From IMG/VR virus record IMGVR_UViG_3300025030_000045: a stretch of DNA of 64,000 bases; one strand, 5' to 3'. Every line of letters starts with the position of its first letter. The first letter of the stretch is position 1. Below, one piece after another: positions 28,238 to 39,694 of the stretch. Position numbers and translations under genes: made by a program. Under the pieces are notes generated by a model. The model saw only the letters and a list, made by a program, of their open reading frames with translations. It had not been told where the DNA came from and did not search any database. The DNA is from a virus.

Positions 28238-29179
28238 ATGGAGAAGATTGGCACAAGTTCGCTTTGGGTTGAACGTTATCGACCACAGACAATGAATGAT
28301 GTGATTGCACCAGCAACAGTTCATAAATTGTTCAAAGAAATTAAGAAAACCAATGAAGTACCGAACCTAATGTTTTATGGTTCGGCGGGGCTCGGCAAGA
28401 CCTCGTCGGCAAAAGCAATCGCCAACGAAATGGGGATGGACCTGCTCTACATCAACGGTTCTCTTCAAACGCAAGTTGAGGTTATTCGTAATGATGTTAT
28501 GCAATTTGCATCTACGAGTTCGCTGATGGGTGGAAAGAAACTTGTCATCCTTGACGAGATGGATCGTATGTCAGGAAATGCACAAGACTCCATCAAAGTT
28601 CTCATGGAACAGATGGAATCAAATGCTCGTTTTATTATCTGCACAAACAACCTTCAGAAAATCATTGACCCTATCCACTCTCGTTGCCAAATGATTTCTT
28701 TCAACTATGGACCCAAGGTTCAGGATGAAATCATGTTGAACTACTTCAAAAGAGTATGCTTCATTCTCGAGAACGAAAAGGTTGAATATGACAAGCAATC
28801 AGTTGCAACCCTCGTAAAGAACTTCTTCCCTGACTTCCGCAAAACAATCGGCGCACTTCAAAAATTCTCAAGTATGAATGACGGAAAGATCACGGCATCG
28901 GTTCTTGCTGTTAGTGACAATTCCTATATGTCCGAACTGATCCCAGCGATGAAGGCCGGTAAGTTTGCAACCGTTCGTAAGTTGTGTACTGAAATTGATA
29001 CAAGTTCTTTCTATACGACCTTCTATAAGGAAATTGATAGTCATATTAAAGACGTATCGTTGCTAGACATCATTCCAATCCTCGGACAGTATAACTATCA
29101 GCATTGTTCATGTGTTGACTCAGAGGTCAATCTGGTTGCTTGTGTCACCGAGATCATGAAGGTCGCACAATGGAAGTAA
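28238..29179 (+). CDS. gp44: Clamp loader large subunit
   Basis: LWVERYRP, GLGKT, ILDEMD, SRC. Confidence 0.93.
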   Translation: MEKIGTSSLWVERYRPQTMNDVIAPATVHKLFKEIKKTNEVPNLMFYGSAGLGKTSSAKAIANEMGMDLLYINGSLQTQVEVIRNDVMQFASTSSLMGGKKLVILDEMDRMSGNAQDSIKVLMEQMESNARFIICTNNLQKIIDPIHSRCQMISFNYGPKVQDEIMLNYFKRVCFILENEKVEYDKQSVATLVKNFFPDFRKTIGALQKFSSMNDGKITASVLAVSDNSYMSELIPAMKAGKFATVRKLCTEIDTSSFYTTFYKEIDSHIKDVSLLDIIPILGQYNYQHCSCVDSEVNLVACVTEIMKVAQWK

Positions 29180-29180
29180 A

Positions 29181-30029
29181 TTAGATTCGATTAATTTCCC
29201 ACCCCTCACAATTAGCGGTCGATGGATCTTTGAGTTTTCTTTTAAATTTTATGATTCCATGGCCCGCATGTCTAATCATGGTTGTGAATGGTAGTTTGTT
29301 TTCTAAACAGAATGCAGAAAGTTCGCCATGTAATTCAAATGTTTCTCCTGATGGCGATGTTAAAAGAAAGTCTCCCGCCTTTGGATTATTTTTGCCTTTA
29401 GCAAGGCCCTTAATCTTTCTTACTTCTGACATTTTTCTTTTATGTTCATCGCTTTTTGGTCTCTGCATTTTATCAATATGTTCTTTTGATCCAAACACGG
29501 CCCTGTTAGGATTTCTTGCCTGAATACGTATTGTTCTTATTTGTTTTTGTTTTGTTGTTCTTATTTGTTTTGGTGTTCTTGGTTTCTTTATTATAATTGA
29601 ATATCGTTTAATTTGGGCGAGTTTCATGTTTGCTTTGTGTTCTTCTGACCATATTCTTCCCTTATTACTTTTAGACACCTTAGAATATATTTCTGATTTC
29701 ATTGGGTGTTGGGAATTCGTATCTCCTCCATCCCCACCCATAGTCATATTATAACCACAACAATCAGGGAGTCCCAAATATGTGTGATATTTCTGAATAT
29801 AAAAACATTCCATTTCATTGAGCATTTCAACGGGACCTTCATAAAGTGTTTCATATATAAAGTTTTCTCTACCATGTTTTTGTATAGCACGATAAAAAAC
29901 TCTCGTTGGTGAATTTTTTAATGCATTTTGAAAATGACCCTCGATATATGAATCTATATCTTGTTTTGTTTTTCCGATATAAGATTTATTGTTTATCGTA
30001 CACGTTACTTTGTATATAAAACCGTTCAT
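29181..30029 (-). mobile_element. GIY-YIG (Seg-like) homing endonuclease with NUMOD3 repeats
   Basis: GFIY...YIGKT, GYNMTMGGDG, SEEHK; inserted antisense between gp44 and gp62 with its own TATAAATA. Confidence 0.88.
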
Positions 30030-30094
30030 ATAAATTCTCCAAAAATAAATTTTAATTTTATTTATAAAATCATAAAGAAGTAAGGTGAAAAATT

Positions 30095-30490
30095 ATGGCA
30101 GCAAAAGGACTATTCGATTACCTCAATGCAATCAACAAAAAATCCCTCCCAAAAGATGAAGACAAATCGACATTCGTCAAAGGCTTCTCCCCGTTCATAA
30201 TTAATCGTTTTATGTCATGCGAACCTAGCTTCGTATTCTTAGCAAATGCAATGAATATGAACTACGGCTATACACCAGAAATGGTCTTTGACTTTTATTA
30301 TCTCGGTGTCCCAAAGAATAATAAGTTCATAAAGTACAATGCTAAAAAGGAAAAGGCTGAGAAGACAATTCAGTACCTCATGGATTGGTTCAAGGTTAAC
30401 ACTGACACTGCAAAGCAGTATGCGACTGTTATCTCCGAAGAAGAACTTGGAACTATAACTGAGTATTACGAAAATAGAGGAAGAAAATAA
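30095..30490 (+). CDS. gp62: Clamp loader small subunit
   Basis: LFDYLNAIN...PFIINRFMS; synteny. Confidence 0.85.
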   Translation: MAAKGLFDYLNAINKKSLPKDEDKSTFVKGFSPFIINRFMSCEPSFVFLANAMNMNYGYTPEMVFDFYYLGVPKNNKFIKYNAKKEKAEKTIQYLMDWFKVNTDTAKQYATVISEEELGTITEYYENRGRK

Positions 30491-30504
30491 AGGAGAAATG
30501 AAAG

Positions 30505-30948
30505 ATGATTCGTTATTCAAAGGTTAGAGATGTTAAAGATATCGAACGCGGTACCCCAAAGTCAGCAGGATTAGATTTCTTCGTTCCTAATGACGTAATG
30601 ACGATTACACTTGAAGGTGGTGAACGTGCCCTGATTCCTTCAGGCATCCGTGCACAAATTCCCGAAGGCCATGCACTGATCTTCTTCAACAAGTCGGGAG
30701 TCGGTTCAAAATTCGGCCTTGACATTCTTGCATGTGTTGTAGATGAAGATTATCAAGGAGAAATCCACCTCAATGTTGTTAACACCGGCAACGATACGGT
30801 CTACATTGGGCCGGGAATGAAACTCGTACAAGGGGTTCTTATCCCAGTACTTTATTCTAAACCTATGTTAGTTTCTGATGGTGAACTTTTTACTAGCGAA
30901 ACAGAACGCGGGGCGGGTGGTTTCGGTAGCACCAATAAGGAAGGTTAA
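30505..30948 (+). CDS. dut: dUTPase
   Basis: SAGLD, KSG, VDEDYQGE, RGAGGFGST. Confidence 0.93.
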   Translation: MIRYSKVRDVKDIERGTPKSAGLDFFVPNDVMTITLEGGERALIPSGIRAQIPEGHALIFFNKSGVGSKFGLDILACVVDEDYQGEIHLNVVNTGNDTVYIGPGMKLVQGVLIPVLYSKPMLVSDGELFTSETERGAGGFGSTNKEG

Positions 30949-30952
30949 TCAT

Positions 30953-31450
30953 ATGAAGAAAGTCATTGTTATTAATGGCCCAGCGAGGGTTGGAAAAGAT
31001 ACATTTTGCGAAATGTGTATCAAGTATGCCGCCGAGCATTATAATATTCCGGGTTTTAACATCTCTTCTGTTGATCGTGTGAAAGAGGCCGCGATGACTC
31101 TCGGGTGGGATGGGGTGAAGGATGAGATTGGTCGCAAGTTTCTCGCTGATCTCAAAGACCTCTCCACTAAAGCATATGATGGACCAATGAACTATATGCT
31201 GAATGTCCTTCAAACAAACCAACGTGGGATTTTCTTCTTTCATATCAGAGAACCAGAAGAAATTGCTAAGTTTGTTGAAAAAACCGGAGCAACGGCGGTC
31301 TGTGTGAAACGTGATGTTGTTGAACAATTCATGAATCGTGCAGATGCGAATGCATACAATTACAAATATGATGTCACTATAATGAACGGCGGAAAACTTA
31401 AACATCTTGAGAAGGCCGCCGCCCAGTTCGTAGATATGCTGTTTGGTTAA
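30953..31450 (+). CDS. dNMP kinase-like P-loop protein
   Basis: INGPARVGKDT, IREPEE. Confidence 0.75.
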   Translation: MKKVIVINGPARVGKDTFCEMCIKYAAEHYNIPGFNISSVDRVKEAAMTLGWDGVKDEIGRKFLADLKDLSTKAYDGPMNYMLNVLQTNQRGIFFFHIREPEEIAKFVEKTGATAVCVKRDVVEQFMNRADANAYNYKYDVTIMNGGKLKHLEKAAAQFVDMLFG

Positions 31451-31517
31451 TGATTGACATCGGGGAGCTGTTGTGATATAATAACTCCCCAAGTTAATTC
31501 AACACGAGAGGTATTAA

Positions 31518-34028
31518 ATGGCAAAGAGTTATCTGAATGTTACACAAGTCGGTAGAGATGTCATCTATCATCGCTACATTGAAGACGGTGAACGAAAGGA
31601 AGAACGAATCAACTTTCGTCCGTTTCTTGGTGTAGACGCATCTCCGGGTGCAAAAACAAGTTTCACTACGATCCACGGAAAACCAATTGAGCATCGAGTC
31701 TTCGAAAGTATTTCCGAGATGCGAAATTGGAAAAAGGAAAACGGTGATTACATTGATATTCACGGCGACATTAGTCCGCTGTATCAATTCATCGCATTGA
31801 ATTATCCAGGGCAGGTTCTCCCTCAGATGAATCATATGCGTATCTTTAACCTTGACGTGGAGGTACAGTGCACGAAGGGTTTCCCAAAACCCGAAGATGC
31901 AGCTTGGCCGATATCCGCATTGACTGTTGAAGAAATCATCAGTGGAAAAATCACAGCATTCGGCTATAAAGAAAATTACATCCCAACAGAAGATGATGTT
32001 ACTTATATCTTCTGTGAAGACGAAAAGGATTTGATTATCAAGTTCGTTGATTTCTGGTCGTCTGCGTATCCTGATATCTACACCGGGTGGAACACTGAGG
32101 GATTTGACATACCATACATCGTCACTCGTATCAACAAGATTATGCCGACGAATTATGTTCTTCAACTTTCACCGATTCGGAAAGTATCGGCGCATAAGTA
32201 TACCGACAACTTTGGTAACGAGCAGATCGGTTACTCAATTGAGGGCATCGTTCATTATGATTACAAAAACCTCTATGAGAAATTCTGTGTTGAACCAAGA
32301 GAACAGAAGTCTCTGTCATATATTGCAAAAGTTGAATTAGGCGATGACAAGTTAGACTATGACGGGCCACTGAACGAGTTGTATGAAAATGATTTTCAGA
32401 CATACATGTCATACAACATCAAAGACGTTCGGTTGGTGACAGCGATTGATAAGAAGCGTAACTATCTTGCACTTGCTATCACGATGACCTACATGGCGAA
32501 ATGTGATTTCAAGGACGTCTTTGGTACAGTTGGTATCTGGGATGCATATCTCTACAACATTCTGCTGTCAAAAAAGATTCTTGCCCCACCGAAGAAATCA
32601 AACATCAAAGGTCAGTTCCCTGGTGGATTCGTTGAGGACCCAAGACGTGGCCTTAACTACTGGGTTATGGTACGAGATATCGCATCTTCATATCCAAACT
32701 CTATCATCACATATAACATGTCTCCAGAGACAATTGTTGATGAATCAATTCTACCAGATGAACTCAAGAACATCGCCATGCAGTTCGGTAATATTGAAAG
32801 CTGTCTTGACCCCGATGTTCTTATGGAAAGAGTACAACCCGTCTTGGACAGATATGATGTCTGTATGGCACCAAACGGAACATTCTATCGTCGTGACAAG
32901 ATCGGATTCATTCCAGAAATCGTTGCTGAAATTTTCGCTGGTCGTAAAGGTGCAAAGAGATCAATTAAGGAACTTGATGTATTAGAGAAGACACCTGACA
33001 TTAAGAACCAAATTGCTTCACTTGATGCAATTCAGGGAGCATTTAAGGTATTCATGAACAGTCTTTACGGTGCGATGTCAAACGAATGGTTTAGATATTT
33101 TGACCTTCGTATCGCCGCCGCCATTACATCAGCAGGTCAGACATCCGTTCGTGGTGCTGCAAGATACATTGAAAAGAAACTCCCGGATGTCAAAAACATT
33201 TACACAGACACCGACTCCGTTTTCCTTGACATGGTTCCGACTCTTAATAAACGTTTTGGGGATGAACTACCAGACAATGAAACGGTCGTACACTTCCTGT
33301 TGAAATATAGTGACATGGTTCTTGATCCTGTCCTCAAGGAGTTCTTCAACAAGTTGACGGATGGTCTTAACACAAAACAGAAGACTCTGACGATGGAGCA
33401 TGAATCTATCTCAAACGTCTGCTTGTTCCGTGAAAAGAAAATGTATGCCATGCGGTTGCTTGAGAACGAAGGTACATTCTACTTCGACAAAACGAAACTG
33501 AAGATCAAAGGCATCGAAGTGGTGCGGACATCAACACCGCAATTTGTTCGTGATGCCCTTAAACGAACACTTGAGTTAATCTTCGAAACGGCCGATCAGA
33601 AAGCCGTTAAGGATTATCTTGATTCACAACATGTTATCTTCAAGACATTGCCATTTGAGAAGGTTGCATTCCCTCGTGGTGTCAACGAATTCAACAAGTA
33701 CATTGGTCAAACGAAAGGTGTTCCGTTAGCACCAAGAGCCGCCATTGTCTTTAACAAATTCGTTAAGATGATGAATCTTGAAGATAAGTATCAACTGATA
33801 CACGAAGGCGATAAAGTTAAATACTGCTATCTCAAAGAACCAAATCGAGTTGGCTCTAATGCCATTGCTTGTTTAGATAAGTTCCCCGTTGAGTTTGATC
33901 GAATGTGTCCGATTGATTATGACCTTCAGTGGGAGAAGGCTTATATGAATCCAATGGAGAAGATCTTTGAACTGATCGGTTGGTCAATGAATAATAAAGC
34001 AGTCAGTTTAGAAGATTTTTTCTCCTAG
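31518..34028 (+). CDS. gp43: Family B DNA polymerase
   Basis: Exo motifs DVE, GWNTEGFD and YNIKD; Pol motifs DIASSYP, K...NSLYG and YTDTDS; C-terminal SLEDFF. Confidence 0.97.
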   Translation: MAKSYLNVTQVGRDVIYHRYIEDGERKEERINFRPFLGVDASPGAKTSFTTIHGKPIEHRVFESISEMRNWKKENGDYIDIHGDISPLYQFIALNYPGQVLPQMNHMRIFNLDVEVQCTKGFPKPEDAAWPISALTVEEIISGKITAFGYKENYIPTEDDVTYIFCEDEKDLIIKFVDFWSSAYPDIYTGWNTEGFDIPYIVTRINKIMPTNYVLQLSPIRKVSAHKYTDNFGNEQIGYSIEGIVHYDYKNLYEKFCVEPREQKSLSYIAKVELGDDKLDYDGPLNELYENDFQTYMSYNIKDVRLVTAIDKKRNYLALAITMTYMAKCDFKDVFGTVGIWDAYLYNILLSKKILAPPKKSNIKGQFPGGFVEDPRRGLNYWVMVRDIASSYPNSIITYNMSPETIVDESILPDELKNIAMQFGNIESCLDPDVLMERVQPVLDRYDVCMAPNGTFYRRDKIGFIPEIVAEIFAGRKGAKRSIKELDVLEKTPDIKNQIASLDAIQGAFKVFMNSLYGAMSNEWFRYFDLRIAAAITSAGQTSVRGAARYIEKKLPDVKNIYTDTDSVFLDMVPTLNKRFGDELPDNETVVHFLLKYSDMVLDPVLKEFFNKLTDGLNTKQKTLTMEHESISNVCLFREKKMYAMRLLENEGTFYFDKTKLKIKGIEVVRTSTPQFVRDALKRTLELIFETADQKAVKDYLDSQHVIFKTLPFEKVAFPRGVNEFNKYIGQTKGVPLAPRAAIVFNKFVKMMNLEDKYQLIHEGDKVKYCYLKEPNRVGSNAIACLDKFPVEFDRMCPIDYDLQWEKAYMNPMEKIFELIGWSMNNKAVSLEDFFS

Positions 34029-34061
34029 CAGTATTTTTTAATTGACATAGCCTCTTGATGA

Positions 34062-34526
34062 TTGTATTTTGCATCTGCGAATTACAATTCATCAGGAGGC
34101 TTTTTAATGTCACTTGAAAAAACATTTGGTGTTTTGCGTTTTGAGATTAAGCGAGATGATAATGATCAAGATTTTGGTGGGATTTATACTTCTCGTTGCC
34201 ACCATGACGAAGTTCGATCTTATATGTCCAACAGCCCCCATATTTTTGCCCACCCGGAACCATACCGTGATATGCTCAGTGATATGGAAGAAGATGACTT
34301 TTGTGGATTTATTTCACCACAGCAGCTTTTCGATTGGTTCTATCCGAAGGATGTCATGTTCTTTAGTAGAGTCGGTGGGGTTTTTCTTAGTCAATACGAA
34401 ACCGATATTGCTCCGCGGGTTGGGCAGATGCAGACTCTTTTCAAAAAGAATGAATCGACCCTTAAACATCGATGCCAACTAGGATGTATGTTGGGTCAGC
34501 ACCAAAAAGATATGGAAGAGGAATAA
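34062..34526 (+). CDS. Hypothetical protein (start probably about 34107)
   Basis: AGGAGG SD; HPEP..D...CGF motif. Confidence 0.55.
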   Translation: MYFASANYNSSGGFLMSLEKTFGVLRFEIKRDDNDQDFGGIYTSRCHHDEVRSYMSNSPHIFAHPEPYRDMLSDMEEDDFCGFISPQQLFDWFYPKDVMFFSRVGGVFLSQYETDIAPRVGQMQTLFKKNESTLKHRCQLGCMLGQHQKDMEEE

Positions 34527-34577
34527 AGTTGTTGACAAGTGATGATAAATGTTATAAAATAAACACTTTGTCGATGA

Positions 34578-34931
34578 TTGCCTTTAAGGAGAACAATGAA
34601 GAATAAAATTAGAGAATTCTTGAAGACGTTGAGTATTGAGGAAATCAATATGATACCGTCATTGATCACCGAAGGATTAAATGAACGCCTTCTCGCCGAC
34701 CTTCAACCCGGAATGGATGTTATCACTCTCTGTTCTGGTTTCAGTTGTGGTGCGGGTCGCAGGTGTAAATTCATGGGTTTTGTAAAACAAGGGGAACCGA
34801 CTGACCGTGATTCTGTTTGGGGCGATGATTACGCCACATTCGGTGACGGTCATCGTGTTCAGTGGTTAGTAACACCAGATAAATTGAGTTCCAAGATCAA
34901 AATTTATCTCACTAACAAAGAAAAGGAGTAA
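34578..34931 (+). CDS. Hypothetical protein
   Basis: Promoter and AAGGAG SD. Confidence 0.55.
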   Translation: MPLRRTMKNKIREFLKTLSIEEINMIPSLITEGLNERLLADLQPGMDVITLCSGFSCGAGRRCKFMGFVKQGEPTDRDSVWGDDYATFGDGHRVQWLVTPDKLSSKIKIYLTNKEKE

Positions 34932-34939
34932 CATCACGT

Positions 34940-36259
34940 ATGCTGTCAAAACAAATCAGTAGTCCAAAAGTCGGTCTCATCGTACAAGGTCGCAACGGAA
35001 TTCGGGAGGTCGTGCGGGTCTTTGACGGGATTAGCACAAACAGAGTTCCAACCCATTTCATCGATTACAAACAGAACGGCGTTGTCAAGTGCATCAGTCG
35101 CGAGTCATGGCAGGATTGGTGCCGCAAGAACAACGTCAACATCGTTTCCCAAAAGATTTCGGTCAATCCGACGACAATCAAGGAGTTCACCGACCCGGCT
35201 CAGATAAAAACGGCCCCGATTGGTATGGGTACCGGTGCTAAGAAGACGCACATTGCATTCTGTCTTGATGAGAGCGGTTCTGTTGCAACCATTAAGCGTG
35301 CACTTATTGCGGCCTACAACATCAATGTGGTCGGCATCCGCAATGCTGTCATGAATGAGGGACAGGAAGCGACAATGTCGGCATATGCTTTCGGCGATCG
35401 CTATCTCAAGCATCGTACCATTTATGAAGGAGTCCAGGTTCAAACGGTTCGCAGTCTCAATGACAATGATCTTAAACCCTCAGGGATGACCCCTCTGTTC
35501 GATTCCGTTCACCGCGCCATCCGCGCACTCGAGAAACTTGACGACGGTAATCCTGATACTGTTTTCATCATCACAGCCGTAACGGATGGTGATGAAAATG
35601 ATTCGCGTAGTCCCGGTGTCGCCGAGACACAGCGTCTTATTCAAGAAAAGGTCGGCTCTGATCGTTGGACCTTCACCTGGCTGGTTCCCAATAAGTACGT
35701 TAACTCATTTTGCAGTAAATATAAAATCAACCGCGGCAATATTCTTCCCTGGGATGAAACCAGCGATATGGGAACCGAGCAGGCTTTCCAAACAAACACC
35801 GAGGCATATTCCTCATTCTTTTCCGCCCGTTCGGCCGGCGCTAAATCGACCAACACCTTCTATTCCAATGTCGCCAATGTCTCCAAGGAAGAGGTTAAAC
35901 AGAAACTCGTTGATATTACTAGCGAGGTCTGCATCCTTCCGATCAACTCCACCGTCGAGATTGCGCCGTACATCGAAAGCGTTACTCGTAAAGCCTTCGT
36001 CAAAGGCAGTGCATTTTACATGCTCATGAAGGCCGAAAAGGAAGTTCAGGATTACAAAAAGATCGTCATTCGTGATCGTACCACCAAACATGTTTATACC
36101 GGTGGCGGTGCTCGCCAACTCCTCGGACTCCCTGCTTTCGGAACCGTCCGTCTTGTTCCCGGTGACCACGGTGACTTCGATATTTTCATCCAATCGACTT
36201 CGCTGAATCGCAAACTGCTGCCCGGTACCTTCGTCCTTCACTGGCCGACCGTGCGTTAA
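34940..36259 (+). CDS. vWA-domain protein
   Basis: MIDAS motif LDESGS...TPLFD...VTDGDEN. Confidence 0.85.
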   Translation: MLSKQISSPKVGLIVQGRNGIREVVRVFDGISTNRVPTHFIDYKQNGVVKCISRESWQDWCRKNNVNIVSQKISVNPTTIKEFTDPAQIKTAPIGMGTGAKKTHIAFCLDESGSVATIKRALIAAYNINVVGIRNAVMNEGQEATMSAYAFGDRYLKHRTIYEGVQVQTVRSLNDNDLKPSGMTPLFDSVHRAIRALEKLDDGNPDTVFIITAVTDGDENDSRSPGVAETQRLIQEKVGSDRWTFTWLVPNKYVNSFCSKYKINRGNILPWDETSDMGTEQAFQTNTEAYSSFFSARSAGAKSTNTFYSNVANVSKEEVKQKLVDITSEVCILPINSTVEIAPYIESVTRKAFVKGSAFYMLMKAEKEVQDYKKIVIRDRTTKHVYTGGGARQLLGLPAFGTVRLVPGDHGDFDIFIQSTSLNRKLLPGTFVLHWPTVR

Positions 36260-36495
36260 CAAAGAACATTGGCGGTGCTGATATTATCAGCACCGCCAAA
36301 TCATGAAAGGAACTAATTAATGAAAAAAACGTCCAAGGCTAATTTCGTAGTCCTTCTCGGTATTGCAGCAATTATGAGCGGTTGTGGGGCAAGTGCTGCG
36401 GAGAAGCAGCGGGCATTGGTGTTCGTGAAGACGACACCGCCATCACCAAGAACACCAGTCGCTATGTACCCCACCTCTTTCGTTAAGGAGACAAA

Positions 36496-37080
36496 ATGAA
36501 ACACTTTATTCTTTCGGTCATTCTCGTTCTCTCCCTTGTCTCTTCTGCATGGTGCTTGGGAGCAGAAACTGTTAGTTCGGCAGGATTCGGCGACTTAACC
36601 GTCGAGCAGCAGGCCGATGTATTAAAAAACATTGCATCGATGAAGGCTGCTTCTGTTACAGCAAAGACAGAACTATCAACAGCAAAGCAGGCCGAGGAAT
36701 GGGTTGATCTCGGACAGAAAGTTGGTAGTGCTCTCGGTGGCGCAGCAAGAGAACTTGGTGTTGCGGCGAATGATTTTGTGAAGACACCGGTCGGCAAGAT
36801 GGCGATGTTCATCATCATCTGGAAATTTGCGGGTCACAGCGTCGTCATGGTCTGTGCCGGATTTATAATTCTTATCTGTGGCATTTCTGTCATTACTTAC
36901 TGTATGCGGCGATCTAACCCATCCATCGTTGAATATGAAGCAAGTGGCCGAAAAATTTTCGGGTTTGAATTACGGACAGTTAAAAAGAGAAATAAACCAG
37001 CAGTAGATAATATTCTCGGGTGGGTTCTTTTGTATGGGTGTGTTCTCGTTGCATCCGTGATCCTCTTTGCCAACGCATAA
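36496..37080 (+). CDS. Membrane protein with signal peptide
   Basis: Signal peptide, A.ELGVA.NDF..TPVG motif, TM helices. Confidence 0.65.
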   Translation: MKHFILSVILVLSLVSSAWCLGAETVSSAGFGDLTVEQQADVLKNIASMKAASVTAKTELSTAKQAEEWVDLGQKVGSALGGAARELGVAANDFVKTPVGKMAMFIIIWKFAGHSVVMVCAGFIILICGISVITYCMRRSNPSIVEYEASGRKIFGFELRTVKKRNKPAVDNILGWVLLYGCVLVASVILFANA

Positions 37081-37300
37081 TAACCGCTTCACTTTAGATC
37101 GGATGACATCATGACAACATTCATATTCATAATGATGATTGTGTGGACAATGGTTCATCTTTATGTGACACCATCAAATTATGGCCCGATTGAAGGTATT
37201 TTGAACAACCTATTATATCATGGCAGTTTGCTTATTGTTATAATCTGTTGGGTATTATTGATGTTCTTTTACAAATATCTTTAAGAGAGCGAGTGAGATC

Positions 37301-37594
37301 ATGGAATTATCTTCAACAAAAGCAAAAGCAATTATTTGGATGGCAAAAATGAATTTCCAAAAGGCCGTCGATGACTACAGCAAAGTCAGGGAAGAGATTG
37401 CCGGTATTGAAATAAGACGAATGATATATGATGCCAACAACAGAGATGATGGATTTGGTCCGGTGAGCAATCGTCCTGATGTCAGCCAATACCTCAAGGA
37501 CAAAGAAGTTCAAATGCTTGAGAAAAAGAAAGAGGCCGAAGCAATCTACGATTATGCCATCGAAGTCTTTCTCTTGAAACTGGATGACAAATGA
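37301..37594 (+). CDS. Hypothetical protein
   Basis: ATGA overlap with the next gene. Confidence 0.5.
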   Translation: MELSSTKAKAIIWMAKMNFQKAVDDYSKVREEIAGIEIRRMIYDANNRDDGFGPVSNRPDVSQYLKDKEVQMLEKKKEAEAIYDYAIEVFLLKLDDK

Positions 37595-38109
37595 AAAAGC
37601 TTGATACACTAATCCACTTCTTCGATGACCCTTGTGATGATCTTCTCATCAAGGTTAACCCCGTCATTGACTACACCGTCAGGGCGCTATGTGTTGAACC
37701 TTATGAAGCTCATCCCAAGGGTTGTCCGAATGTTGGGAAGTGCGATCGGTGTCCACCAGAAGCACCACTGTTCGATCGTTTCTTTGATACATCAAAGCCG
37801 ATCTATGCAATCGTCAATGAGTTCGATCTTGGTTCACATGTTGAGCGACTGAGAGTGAAGCACCCCGATTGGAGTGAAAGACAACTACGATGTGTTCTCT
37901 ATTGGCAGGGAACAGCAAGGAAACAACTCAGGGAGAAAATCGGATACGCCCTTGCTTCTGAGAAATGTCAAGGATATGTTGCAACATGGTGTCCCGAAGG
38001 AATGGGTGTTAATGTTTCTGAGACTCTCGTTGAGGTTGGTATTCATCTCGAATGGCCCCCAACAAAAATCGCCCGGCAGGTTGCCTTCGTCGGTGAAAGG
38101 GCAAAGTGA
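37591..38109 (+). CDS. DUF2284-like metal-binding protein
   Basis: C...GCPN.G...CPP...PEGMGVNV. Confidence 0.7.
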   Translation: MKKLDTLIHFFDDPCDDLLIKVNPVIDYTVRALCVEPYEAHPKGCPNVGKCDRCPPEAPLFDRFFDTSKPIYAIVNEFDLGSHVERLRVKHPDWSERQLRCVLYWQGTARKQLREKIGYALASEKCQGYVATWCPEGMGVNVSETLVEVGIHLEWPPTKIARQVAFVGERAK

Positions 38110-38441
38110 TGGAATTCTTTACTGATGAACTGATTAAACTGAAAGAGCAAGAACGTGTTATCAAGAGACAACACCTAGACATCGAGGAAAAGATTCGGGC
38201 GATAGAGGATTTAAATTACCTCATAAAGACGTTTGGTATTGTCTGTGATTTCTTACCTCCATCTTTAGAGGACTGGACCCACTTTGAACACATGTTCGAA
38301 CGTTATGACGGAACAACACTTATCATCAATTATGATCGCCGTTGGGTTGGTTTTCATGAGTTAAGCGAATATGACCATATGCAGGAATTTATTTTGCCGC
38401 GATGGTACGAATTTAAAAAGGATGAGGACACAACAAAATGA
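38106..38441 (+). CDS. Hypothetical protein
   Basis: Operon overlaps. Confidence 0.5.
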   Translation: MMEFFTDELIKLKEQERVIKRQHLDIEEKIRAIEDLNYLIKTFGIVCDFLPPSLEDWTHFEHMFERYDGTTLIINYDRRWVGFHELSEYDHMQEFILPRWYEFKKDEDTTK

Positions 38442-38674
38442 GTATGAGCGAGATCGAAGGAAAGGATGTCCACTGCGACATTTGTAAAAGACACGTTGGT
38501 CGCATCCGCGAAGGCAGTAAGTTGATGAAGGGAATGGTTTGCCTTTGCCCAACATGCAATGTCACAGAACAGTCAAGACGGATGCGCGATGATATGACTC
38601 GTAATGGCGTGAAGAAATCAGAACCAGATTTTAGTAGTATTTTCGGTGATGTGTTCAGTGGAAAAAATGATTAA
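38438..38674 (+). CDS. Small Zn-finger protein
   Basis: CDIC...CPTC. Confidence 0.55.
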   Translation: MSMSEIEGKDVHCDICKRHVGRIREGSKLMKGMVCLCPTCNVTEQSRRMRDDMTRNGVKKSEPDFSSIFGDVFSGKND

Positions 38675-38738
38675 TATTTTTGTTGACATGGTCTTCATCT
38701 TGTGTTAAAATTGTTTCAAATCACAAGAGGAGATCAAG

Positions 38739-38972
38739 ATGAAATGCCCGGAATGTGGTAAGAACCATCGTTCAGAAGATTTGAAGTATCACTGCTACAT
38801 CAAGATCGAAAATCTGTGGGTACATTACATCATTCTCTGTTCAAACTTACCCGGCGGTGTTACCGAAGAAAATCTACTGTCGTATACGCAGCCGACCAAC
38901 ATTGAGTTTTACCGGGAAGTCAAGGCGCGCCGGGAAGCGATGGCGCTATATTACAAACCACAGGAAGGCTAA
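38739..38972 (+). CDS. Hypothetical protein
   Basis: Promoter and AGGAG SD; CPEC. Confidence 0.55.
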   Translation: MKCPECGKNHRSEDLKYHCYIKIENLWVHYIILCSNLPGGVTEENLLSYTQPTNIEFYREVKARREAMALYYKPQEG

Positions 38973-39323
38973 GTGATGGAACACGACATTGATTCAATCA
39001 TCGCCCACATCATAGAGCTAACGAACCGGGTAGACAGAAATTTTGATGTATCTCCCGTTGAGATTCTGAATGCTTATACGATGGTGATCACCCATATCAT
39101 CATGACGAACCCTGTCATTGAAGATGGGTTGACTGAGACTGTCCCGAAAGCATTGATGATCATCAACCACAATATTTGGTTGACACGGTGGAAGTACGAA
39201 CAGTCTTTTGATTTTAAGAATCGGCGAATCGGTGATCATAACAAAGCGTATCACATTAGTCAGTTGAACTTTATGTTATCAAAATGCGAAAAGATTAAGA
39301 TTATCGAGGGGTTAAAGAAATGA
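38973..39323 (+). CDS. Hypothetical protein
   Basis: Operon context. Confidence 0.5.
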   Translation: MMEHDIDSIIAHIIELTNRVDRNFDVSPVEILNAYTMVITHIIMTNPVIEDGLTETVPKALMIINHNIWLTRWKYEQSFDFKNRRIGDHNKAYHISQLNFMLSKCEKIKIIEGLKK

Positions 39324-39694
39324 AAACTCGTTTAATAGAAGCATGCATTGATTGCGTTGGTAATGTCTATATCAGGAATCAGAATCGTGGGTGTTTATCA
39401 CGCGTTTGTGTTGACGCTAAACGTATATTTTCTGATATTGTTGACATCATGCAGGTCGGGAAAACTTACACCATCGAGGTTAAGATTTCGAGTCTTCCTG
39501 TACTGTCTAAAACTGATGGTGTAACATTACATCGTGATGGCGCGTTTTGGGGACTCTCGAAAAACAACTATCGTACTAGTCTCACGGGTGCTCATGAAAG
39601 GATTCTTAACATCAGTCTAAAGTATGGTGGGTTTAATCCTTACCATATTTTCAAACGGAGAGTCACCGCAACAGTGATATCGGTAACCGAATGA
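39320..39694 (+). CDS. Hypothetical protein
   Basis: ATGA overlaps. Confidence 0.5.
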   Translation: MKTRLIEACIDCVGNVYIRNQNRGCLSRVCVDAKRIFSDIVDIMQVGKTYTIEVKISSLPVLSKTDGVTLHRDGAFWGLSKNNYRTSLTGAHERILNISLKYGGFNPYHIFKRRVTATVISVTE